From positions 8,164 to 72,163 of the forward strand of contig CAVPQE010000035.1 of the NCBI GenBank assembly GCA_963707205.1: a stretch of 64,000 nt of DNA. Reading direction: 5' to 3'. Origin of the DNA: an uncultured Acidobacteriaceae bacterium. GTDB taxonomy: Bacteria > Acidobacteriota > Terriglobia > Terriglobales > Acidobacteriaceae. Below, one piece after another: positions 12,547 through 20,626 of this stretch. Under the pieces are notes generated by a model that saw only the letters and a list, made by a program, of their open reading frames with translations, searched no databases and was not told the DNA's origin. Each line of letters starts with the position of its first letter. Positions within the stretch are counted from its first letter, which is position 1. A program made the position numbers and the translations under genes.

Positions 12547-13551
12547 GTGCACCTTATGAAGACCATACTCCTTGCCATTGGCGGAAATTCCCTGATTCGC
12601 GCGGGAGAAAAGGGAACGATCGCCGAGCAAAGGGAAAACGCCCAGCGGACAGCGGTCCAGGTCGTCGGCTTGATTCGTGCCGACTACCGGATCGTGCTCA
12701 CGCATGGCAATGGTCCGCAAGTTGGGGCAGAACTTCTGCGCTCGGAACGGGGCGCGAGCCAGGTTCCTGGGCACCCGCTGGACGTTTGTGGCGCCTCGAC
12801 CCAGGGTGAGATCGGATATCTTCTCGAGCAATCGTTGCAAACCGAACTGCAGCACGCGGGTCTGCACGTGCCGGTTACGACGGTTCTTACTCAGAGCCTG
12901 GTCTCGCCGGACGATCCCTCGATGAAGCATCCCACCAAGCCCATCGGTCCTTTCTATTCGCGTGTCGATGCCGAGGAACGCCAACGCCTCTTGGGATGGG
13001 AGATCGTGGAGGACGCAGCCCGCGGTTATCGCCGGGTGGTACCTTCTCCGGACCCGATTGACATTGTTGAATTGGAGGTCATTCGAGATCTGGTCAAGCA
13101 GGGCGTGCTGGTCATCGCGTGCGGTGGCGGAGGGATTCCTGTGCTCTGGAAGAACGACACATTGCAAGGGGTGGAAGCTGTCATCGACAAGGATCGCGCC
13201 TCCGCATTGCTCGCCTCGCGCCTCGGCGTCGATCTGTTTGTGATTTCCACGGACACCGACTTTGTGTACCTGGACTACAAGAAACCAACGCAGTGTCCGC
13301 TGCATCGCGTCGGCGCGGCTGAGTTGGAGCAGTATGCGCGGGCGGGTCACTTTCCACCCGGGAACATGGGCCCCAAAATCGAATCCGTATTGCGCTTCTT
13401 AAGCCAAGGCGGGAAGGAAGCCATTATTACTTCTTGCGAGAATCTGTGCCAGTCGGTGGTTGGATCTGCTGGAACCCACATGTTCCCGGATCGCGACCGT
13501 GTGGAAATCAAGCGAAACGCAGAGATCGAACTTCCGGTGGGAGGACGCTAA
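12547..13551 (+). CDS. arcC: carbamate kinase
   Basis: 334 aa. AIGGNSL N-terminus, THGNGPQVG motif, and the amino-acid-kinase-fold C-terminal half. Confidence 0.9.
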   Translation: MHLMKTILLAIGGNSLIRAGEKGTIAEQRENAQRTAVQVVGLIRADYRIVLTHGNGPQVGAELLRSERGASQVPGHPLDVCGASTQGEIGYLLEQSLQTELQHAGLHVPVTTVLTQSLVSPDDPSMKHPTKPIGPFYSRVDAEERQRLLGWEIVEDAARGYRRVVPSPDPIDIVELEVIRDLVKQGVLVIACGGGGIPVLWKNDTLQGVEAVIDKDRASALLASRLGVDLFVISTDTDFVYLDYKKPTQCPLHRVGAAELEQYARAGHFPPGNMGPKIESVLRFLSQGGKEAIITSCENLCQSVVGSAGTHMFPDRDRVEIKRNAEIELPVGGR

Positions 13552-14528
13552 TGCCCCAGCCGACAATCACGACTCGCAAGCCAAACCAGTCTCCTACGTT
13601 GGACTCGCCGCTCAGAGGTGGGATGACCTTGAAGCACGTCGTCGAGTCTCAGCAATTCACCGTTCCCTTGCTCATGGAATTGTTCGAGCGGTCGCGCGGC
13701 ATGGAGCGCGTGGTGGCGCGGGGAGGCTCCCTCGATTATCAGAACCGAATCATGACCACTCTTTTTTATGCGCCTTCGACCCGTACTCGACTCTCGTTCG
13801 AGGCGGCCATGCATCGCTTGGGCGGGAGGGTCTTGTCGACGGAGCACGCGGGCGCGTTTTCTTCGGAGGTCGAAGGCGAGCAGGTCGAGGATTCTATCCG
13901 CATTATCGGCGGTTACTCGGACGTGATCGTCATCCGACACACCGAAGATGACGGTGCGCGACGCGCCGCGGAAGTCTCGTCCGTGCCGGTGATCAATGCC
14001 GGCGATGGAAATGGCGGGCAACATCCGACCCAGGCTTTGCTTGACCTCTACACAATTTACCGGCAGCGCCCGCTCGATGGCCTGAGCGTCGCCATTATTG
14101 GCGAGTTGGACAAAGGGCGTACAGCAAGATCGCTGGCCTATCTGCTGGCCAAGTTTGAACGGGTGAAGATGTTCTTCGTCAGTCCGCCGCAGCTCCAGAT
14201 GAAAACCGACATTCTGGGGTATCTCGATGAGCATGGCGTCCGCTACGAACTGGAGTCGAATATTGACCGCGTGATTGGGGAAGTGGACGTGGTTTACCAG
14301 ACCCGAATCCGGCCCGAGCGAGTCCGGGACGTGAACGGCCTCAGAGGTTATGCCATTGATTCGACTGTTGTGCAGCGCATGAAGCCGGACGCGCTGATCC
14401 TTCATCCGTTGCCCCGCACGGTCGAGTTAGACAAGTCCGTCGATGCCGACCCGAGAGCGATGTATTTCCGCCAAGCCAGGAATGGGCTTTACGTGCGGAT
14501 GGCATTGTTGACCATGCTGCTGGAGTAG
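13551..14528 (+). CDS. aspartate-carbamoyltransferase-like transcarbamylase (atypical)
   Basis: Start at ATG 13551 overlaps the carbamate kinase TAA by 1 nt. 325 aa. STRTRLSFE, QHPTQ and HPLPR motifs match the ATCase type, but the KKGE and RxQxER positions are altered (see findings). Confidence 0.8.
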   Translation: MPQPTITTRKPNQSPTLDSPLRGGMTLKHVVESQQFTVPLLMELFERSRGMERVVARGGSLDYQNRIMTTLFYAPSTRTRLSFEAAMHRLGGRVLSTEHAGAFSSEVEGEQVEDSIRIIGGYSDVIVIRHTEDDGARRAAEVSSVPVINAGDGNGGQHPTQALLDLYTIYRQRPLDGLSVAIIGELDKGRTARSLAYLLAKFERVKMFFVSPPQLQMKTDILGYLDEHGVRYELESNIDRVIGEVDVVYQTRIRPERVRDVNGLRGYAIDSTVVQRMKPDALILHPLPRTVELDKSVDADPRAMYFRQARNGLYVRMALLTMLLE

Positions 14529-14593
14529 AAGCAGCGAGTAGCGCTGCACGACGACTAGGAACAAGATAACTGCACAATCGGCGCTTACCCTCG

Positions 14594-15145
14594 GTGATGG
14601 AGGAGTTCATGACGAAAGAGATTGGGAGTGTACGGCCAGCGGATCTTGAGTCGCAGTGGCCGGCAACCATTGCATCGTTGATTGTCGGCACTGCGTTTTT
14701 TGCCTTGTGGTTCTGGTTGCTGCCACCCTGGCTTGGCTTTCGAGTTGATGTGGCGCGCGTGGCACAGTGGCGATGGATTGCTGTTCTCCCATCGGTGCTT
14801 GGGTTTGCGGTAGCCATACGATGCATCTGGGATTTCGGACGGACGGGACATGGAACGCCCGCGCCCATCGTCCCTCCGAAGCGGCTGGTCGTGGTCGGCT
14901 TCTACCAGTATGTTCGGAACCCGATGTATGTCGGGTTTTTCGTCGGGTGGATCGGATTGTGGGTGGTGTTCGGGCGGGCGAGTTTACCAGCGATCGCGGG
15001 AGCTGTGGCTGTGGTGCTCGGAGTAGCTCTGTTTGTGCAACTGTATGAGGAGCCCACCCTGCGAAAGATGTTCGGCGAGGAGTACGAGGAATATTGCCGC
15101 AATGTGCGACGGTGGCTACCACATATGCGGGCGTGGAAGAAGTAA
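14594..15145 (+). CDS. ICMT/PEMT-family membrane methyltransferase
   Basis: 183 aa, multi-TM. C-terminal GFYQYVRNPMYVG ... EEPTLRKMFGEEYEEY motif. Confidence 0.7.
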   Translation: MMEEFMTKEIGSVRPADLESQWPATIASLIVGTAFFALWFWLLPPWLGFRVDVARVAQWRWIAVLPSVLGFAVAIRCIWDFGRTGHGTPAPIVPPKRLVVVGFYQYVRNPMYVGFFVGWIGLWVVFGRASLPAIAGAVAVVLGVALFVQLYEEPTLRKMFGEEYEEYCRNVRRWLPHMRAWKK

Positions 15146-15220
15146 GAGAACGTTGCGGAGACGAGCCGTGCCGTACCGGATTTCTTTCCTAACCAACCGA
15201 TCGAAAGGAACTCGTAACTT

Positions 15221-16443
15221 ATGACAACGCAACTCATAGAGAAACCCTTACGGACCGAGGACTTCGTCGAACTCGAGAATCAGTATGGTGCCCATAACTA
15301 TCGTCCGCTCGACGTGGTGATCGAGCGCGCGGAAGGCGTCTGGGTGTATGACGTTGAGGGCAAACGTTACCTCGATTGCCTGGCTGCGTATTCCGCGGTG
15401 AATCAGGGGCACTGCCATCCCAAGATTCTGCAGACTCTGGAGGAGCAGGCCCAGAAAGTCACTCTCACCTCGCGCGCCTTCCGCAACGAGCAATTGCCTC
15501 TGCTCTACAAGGAACTCCATGATTTGACCGGGTTCGACATGGTTCTGCCTATGAACTCAGGGCGCGGAGGCTGTCGAAACTGCGATCAAGACGGCTCGCA
15601 AGTGGGGTTACAAGATTAAGGGCATCCCCCAGGACAAAGCCGAGATTATTGTGTGCGCCAATAATTTTCATGGCCGCACCGTCACTATCGTGAGCTTCTC
15701 CACCGACGAACAATACCGCGATGGCTTCGGTCCCTTCACTCCGGGATTCAAAGTCATTCCCGTTCGGCGATGCGCGCGCCCTCCGCGAAGCCATCACTCC
15801 CAACACCTGCGCTTTTCTAGTGGAGCCCATTCAGGGCGAGGCGGGGATCGTCATTCCACCCAAGGGATTTCTCCGGGAAGCGGCGGCAATTTGCCGCGAG
15901 AATCAGGTATTGCTGATGGCCGACGAAATTCAATCCGGTCTGGGACGAACTGGCAAGCTCTTTGCCTACATGCACGATGCGGTCGTGCCCGACGTGTTGA
16001 TCATTGGCAAGGCGCTCGCTGGCGGGTTCTATCCGGTCTCGGCCGTATTGGCGTCTCGCGAGATTCTCGGCGTGTACAACCCTGGCGACCACGGAAGCAC
16101 CTTCGGCGGCAACCCCATGGGCTGCGCCATCGCCCGGACCGCGCTACGCGTCCTCATCGAGGAGAAGATGGTCGAACGTTCCGCCGAACTGGGCGCTTAT
16201 TTCCTGACTCTGCTGCGGACGCTGCGCAGTTCAGATTTGAAAGAGGTACGGGGCAAAGGTTTGTGGATCGGCATCGAACTCCGCAGCCCAGCGCGCCCCT
16301 ACTGCGAGGCGCTCAAGGAGGAAGGAATTCTGTGCAAGGAGACGCATGACCGCGTGATTCGCATCGCACCACCGCTCGTCATCAGTCGTCAGGAGATTGA
16401 CTGGGCCTTTGAGCGAATCGCGAAAGTGATTCAGCGGCATTGA
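15221..16443 (+). pseudogene. rocD: ornithine aminotransferase disrupted by two +1 frameshifts
   Basis: Three ORF pieces in frames 2, 0, 1 read continuously as an OAT: ...VLPMNSG | [40 protein letters not shown]...GFKVIP | [11 protein letters not shown]...EPIQGEAG.... The shifts are at the GGG run 15560..15562 and the CCC run 15759..15761. Length minus 2 nt gives 407 codons. Confidence 0.85.
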
Positions 16444-16681
16444 TCTGCAGCACAAAGAAGTCCGCGAGTTGGGACAGCAACCTGGCAGACGATATTATTG
16501 ACCAGCTCAAGAAGGATCGGGAGAGGTCTTTCAGTAATTACTAAGCTCCGGTCTATTTTGGTTTCTACCGGCCAATGTGGCCAAAAAAATGTGGCATCCG
16601 TATGACTGATGCATGCGCTCCGTGCCAGAGTGAACTTGGGCTAAAGGGTAGGGGACTGAATTCCGAGGTAAGTCGCGTTGC

Positions 16682-16921
16682 TTGATCCAGGGGCTTAAGG
16701 AGAAAGTAGTACTCGTAACCGGAACGAATAATCCTTACGGCATCGGCGCCGGAGTTGCGCGAGCGTCTGCTGCTCAAGGTGCGAGGGGTCCTTGCATAAG
16801 CATCCAGCTGCGTTATCTTCAAACATTGACCGAAATCGGGGTGGAAAGGAACACTACTTTGGTTTTCCCCGTGCCAGTGGACATATTCTCGCGCATCACC
16901 AAGCTCCGGGAGAAAGTCTAA
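16682..16921 (+). pseudogene. short-chain dehydrogenase N-terminal remnant
   Basis: Only the first ~35 residues (LKEKVVLVTGTNNPYGIGAGVARASAAQGA) look like an SDR Rossmann N-terminus. The rest of the ORF does not, and there is no room for a full SDR before the next gene. Confidence 0.3.
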
Positions 16922-16981
16922 GCCCAGCGCCTTGGCGCCCGCAGTTTGCCAGGAGGTGAGGTGTGACATGCGGAGCCAAAT

Positions 16982-17212
16982 CTAGGACTGCTTCCGTATC
17001 TCTTGATCCAGTTTTTTCATCAGGCTTTCTCTTAATTCCTGACCTACCGACACTCTTTTATCAAGCTCCGCTTTCGTTACGACGCCTTTCTCGATTAACA
17101 ACTCGGCTAAGGCCGAGGACTCAGCAAGAGCCTGTGTCGCAAACTTCATCGTATCGGCCAGCACGGGGATCAGCGCGGCGAACTCGCCGCTAATAGGCTT
17201 GTTTACGTGCAT
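16982..17212 (-). CDS. hypothetical small helical protein
   Basis: 76 aa. ATG at 17212 with GAAGGAGAA 7-9 nt upstream; protein-like composition. Confidence 0.55.
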   Translation of the reverse strand: MHVNKPISGEFAALIPVLADTMKFATQALAESSALAELLIEKGVVTKAELDKRVSVGQELRESLMKKLDQEIRKQS

Positions 17213-17529
17213 TGCTACATTCTCCTTCGGTGGTGCTCTATGACGGGTGCATGAAGTCTATTACCAGGACAACTGGCGCGCTATCCCGATTTGCAAAGTT
17301 CACACAGACGACGGATGCTTTATGGGCACGATCGCTATGAATGCTGTGTTTCAGGTGCTCCGGTACGTGGGAGGCGAGTCCAAGAACATTGCCCTGCTGC
17401 ACAACGGTTGCAACCGGAAAACATGCCTGTCCTGCGAGCTGGGCATGACGCTTGGGGAAATGATTTCTTACTGCCTCGGCGAACTTTGATTCGGCGCACT
17501 CCGGATAGTGATCTCGGTCACTGCTTTTT

Positions 17530-17712
17530 TTGACTCGACATGGTCGCGTAAATGATAGGGAGTTAGTTGGTACGCTTCCGAGTACGGTGGACCCGGAGAA
17601 GATTGAGGCCAATTACGTCCATGGTGTACTGGCGATTCAGATGCCAAAACGCGCCGAAGCTAGGCCAAAACAAATCAAGGTGAATGTGACTAAGGCACTG
17701 AAGGCCGCGTAG
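17530..17712 (+). pseudogene. Hsp20 C-terminal remnant
   Basis: LPSTVDPEKIEANYVHGVLAIQMPKRAEARPKQIKV matches the last strands of the alpha-crystallin domain. No matching N-terminal half upstream in any frame. Confidence 0.35.
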
Positions 17713-17829
17713 TCAGCATACGTGGTCTTGGCTGGAGGATGCAGTTCTTAATTGCGGCCCTGGAATGACTGATGTCTGAGGGGTCGCTGCACCGGTGGAG
17801 CCTGCAGAGGATTTTTGTGGGAGGTCGAT

Positions 17830-18225
17830 ATGGCAACCACCAAGGATAGACTTCAGGTTTTGAGGAATGAGTTGCAGTTCTTGGACAGAGGTGGCTACTG
17901 CTCTCCAATCCAATGGAGATCGGCTCGAATCTTCGAGGACTCGCCGACCTGTCCCAAGGATCAGTGGTCCGCTTGCCCGCATGGCGACTGCGTGTTGTTG
18001 GATTTTGTCCCGAAGCAGAGCCGTCACGAAGCGATTCCGTGCCGCCACATTCCCCTAAATGAAAGCGGCGAGACCCTAGACACTCTGTACCGCACGGGTA
18101 CCAACGAGGAGATTCAAAAGACACTTCGAGAATGGCTGCTGAAGACCATTGCGGGACTCGAACAAATAACCCAACCTGAAATGCGGCGATGGGACGAAAA
18201 GGCTGGTCAGCGGGACTTAGGATAG
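17830..18225 (+). CDS. hypothetical protein
   Basis: ATG 17830 preceded by GGGAGG; 131 aa; Cys/His-containing (CSPIQW, CPKDQWSACPHGDC). No family recognised. Confidence 0.5.
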   Translation: MATTKDRLQVLRNELQFLDRGGYCSPIQWRSARIFEDSPTCPKDQWSACPHGDCVLLDFVPKQSRHEAIPCRHIPLNESGETLDTLYRTGTNEEIQKTLREWLLKTIAGLEQITQPEMRRWDEKAGQRDLG

Positions 18226-18238
18226 GTTTGGAGCACAA

Positions 18239-19264
18239 GTGTCCCAAATGCGGAAAGACGTTTTTACCGGTCGCTGGGTAATCATGGCTGAGGCCACGAC
18301 GGTACGGCCCTCCGATTTTCATTTCAAGAAATTCGTCAGGGAGACGACATTCTGCCCATTCTGCGAAACCAACGAAGCCTCCACGCCGCCGGAAGTCTTC
18401 GCAATTCGCCGTCCGAACTCGTCCGCGAACGGGCCGGGCTGGTCCGTTCACGTGGTACCCAACTCCGACCCACGATTACGGATCGAAGGCGAATTGGGAC
18501 GGCGTGCCGAAGGGTTCCACGATCTAATGAACGGGGTGGGCGCACACGAGATAATTGCCGAGACGCCTCGCCACGACCGTAGCCTCCACGAATTCGAAAT
18601 CCACGAAATCCGTGACGTAATCCGAGCGTACGTGGCGCGCATGGTCGATCTGGAGGGCGATAAGCGGATGCGCTACGTGCTGATCTTCAAGAACCATGGC
18701 GAAGAAGCTGGCGCTCACACCATTAGTCATTCGATCTCGCAATTGATGGCCCTCTCGGTAACCCCGCGCACAGTTAAGACCAAGCTTATAACTGCTCGCG
18801 ACTATTTTGCTTTGAAGGAACGATGCATCTACTGCGATGTGCTCGAACAAGAGCTAAAGCAGCGGCAGCGATTGATCGCGGAGAACGAGGATTTTGTTGC
18901 GTTTGCTCCTTTCGCTTCGCGTTTTCCGTTCGAGATGGCAGTATTTCCCAAAGCTCACAACAGCGCCTTCAGCCGCATCAGCCCAGGGCAGGTTGAAAGT
19001 CTAGCCGGGATCCTGCGCGAGGTCTTGCAGAAGTTAGATCACACTCTGGGGGGGCCGCCCTACAACTTATCGCTGCAAGACAGACCCTTCCTGCGACCAA
19101 GAGCAGGGTATTGGAACTCCATCGAAGACGACTTCCACTGGCACATGGAGATACTGCCGCAGATTGCCCGTATCACAGGATTCGAATGGGCGTCCGGGTT
19201 TTTCTACAATCCAGTTCCGCCGGAAGTTGCTGCTCGATGTCTCTCGCCTGTTGCAGATGCGTGA
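18239..19264 (+). CDS. galactose-1-phosphate uridylyltransferase-family (HIT branch III) protein
   Basis: 341 aa. CPFC zinc motif near the N-terminus, two half-barrel repeats, FHWHME second-half motif. The active-site pentapeptide reads HSISQ. Confidence 0.75.
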   Translation: MSQMRKDVFTGRWVIMAEATTVRPSDFHFKKFVRETTFCPFCETNEASTPPEVFAIRRPNSSANGPGWSVHVVPNSDPRLRIEGELGRRAEGFHDLMNGVGAHEIIAETPRHDRSLHEFEIHEIRDVIRAYVARMVDLEGDKRMRYVLIFKNHGEEAGAHTISHSISQLMALSVTPRTVKTKLITARDYFALKERCIYCDVLEQELKQRQRLIAENEDFVAFAPFASRFPFEMAVFPKAHNSAFSRISPGQVESLAGILREVLQKLDHTLGGPPYNLSLQDRPFLRPRAGYWNSIEDDFHWHMEILPQIARITGFEWASGFFYNPVPPEVAARCLSPVADA

Positions 19265-19407
19265 TCCTTCTTGCCTTCGCGCGCGAGCGATTGACAGATA
19301 GTTACGGCGAAACTGGCCGACCGATCGATCCGGAGCTTCATGCCCGCTCGACGGTGGTGCAGTAAGGGGCGTCACAAGGACGTGGGACAGTTGGAAGCCT
19401 ACCGAAC

Positions 19408-19893
19408 CTATCGCTTGTACCCAATCTTGCGCAACAGGTCATGCCGCCATGCGATATCAGCTTGTCCCTCGATGCCTTTTGGCGAACTGCCGTCAATCAC
19501 ACCCAAAACTCCCCGGCCTTGCTCACTCTGGGCAACAATGATTTGGGCCGGGTTGGCGGTGGCGCAGAAAATGGAACAAACCTCGGGGACGTTGCGGATG
19601 ACGTGCAAGACATTGATGGGATAAGCATTCTGCATAACTACAACAAACGTATGGCCTGCACCCAAGGCCTGGGCATTGCGCACAGCGCAATCCCGGAGGT
19701 CCTGGTCGTTGCCCTCCGAACGAGTCAGACACGCGCCCGAGCTTTCATTGAAGGCGAGGCCAAACCGAGCCTGCGGCACAGTCGTGCTCAGCGCTTCGTA
19801 AAGGTCTTCGACTGTCTTGATAAAGTGTGCTTGACCAACAATGATATTGGCTTCCGCTGGGAGTTCCATCGGGACGGCCTTGATCTCCAGCAT
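19408..19893 (-). CDS. adenosine-specific kinase family (PF04008-like) protein
   Basis: Start moved to MLEIKAV (19893), giving 161 aa. Family recognised from the overall sequence (IIVGQAHFIKTVEDLYEAL...FGLAFNESSG...VLGVIDG). Confidence 0.7.
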   Translation of the reverse strand: MLEIKAVPMELPAEANIIVGQAHFIKTVEDLYEALSTTVPQARFGLAFNESSGACLTRSEGNDQDLRDCAVRNAQALGAGHTFVVVMQNAYPINVLHVIRNVPEVCSIFCATANPAQIIVAQSEQGRGVLGVIDGSSPKGIEGQADIAWRHDLLRKIGYKR

Positions 19894-19927
19894 GGTCACC
19901 CTCCGCACGGCGCACAAAATCTGTTTC

Positions 19928-20509
19928 TCACGCGATCCGCTTACGATCACTGTGGACCCGTTCGAGATAGCGGCCCGTCCGGAGATCGACGCGCACCCAT
20001 TCCTCCGGCGCAATGAACAAGGGAACGCGAATCGAAATGCCGTTTTCGAGCGTCGCTTCTTTCCAGGCACTGTCTTGTTGGGAGTGTGCGGGTGGCGCGG
20101 TATGAACTACTCGAGCTTCCACGATATCGGGCAACACCGCACTAATGGGCTTCCCTTCAAAGAATTCCAGGGGTACGGTCGTTCCCGATTGTAAGAAGTT
20201 CACTGCGAGTCCAAGAAGTTCGCCCGGAACTTCGACCTGTTCGAAAGTTCCGGGGTCCATGAAAGTGGATGTCTCGCCTTCACGGAAAAGAAATTCCATA
20301 TTCCGCCGCTCGACTTGCAAATCTTCTACATGCTCCTGGGGTCGGAAGCGAGCTTCCCACAGGCGACCGGTAACCACATTGCTTAATTCAGCCTTCACGA
20401 CGCCGCCCAGTTTCGCGGCTGCCGCCTTGGATTCGACCTTCAAGACTCTATAGATCTTTCCTTCGACTCGGATGACCATTCCGTCCGTTAGTTCTGAAGC
20501 AGTCGCCAT
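19928..20509 (-). CDS. efp: elongation factor P family protein (divergent)
   Basis: 193 aa. Three-domain EF-P layout with C-terminal VPLFIAPEEWVRVDLRTGRYLERV. The loop region lacks PGKG. Confidence 0.8.
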   Translation of the reverse strand: MATASELTDGMVIRVEGKIYRVLKVESKAAAAKLGGVVKAELSNVVTGRLWEARFRPQEHVEDLQVERRNMEFLFREGETSTFMDPGTFEQVEVPGELLGLAVNFLQSGTTVPLEFFEGKPISAVLPDIVEARVVHTAPPAHSQQDSAWKEATLENGISIRVPLFIAPEEWVRVDLRTGRYLERVHSDRKRIA

Positions 20510-20626
20510 CTAGGTCTCCGGGAAGGCAACAGTCTTTGCACCTTCGACTTCGCCCGTTGCGGGAGAAATATGCCGCCTGGAATAAGAAGACTAGGGCAGG
20601 GCGCACAAGGACAGCCCGGCCCGACA

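Noticed and set aside
10656-14405. Long minus-strand ORFs (10656..11321, 12538..13350, 13548..14405) opposite the carbamoyl-phosphate cluster
   Set aside because: They lie antisense to genes with strong family motifs. The translations are low-complexity and His/Arg/Leu-rich with no motifs.
16565-16969. 134-aa minus-strand ORF in the debris region
   Set aside because: No RBS or recognisable domain, and it overlaps the SDR-like stub on the other strand. It cannot be supported as a gene.
17238-17612. 124-aa minus-strand ORF overlapping the Hsp20 remnant
   Set aside because: Parts look protein-like, but I recognise no family and found no convincing start or RBS. Left unannotated rather than guessed.
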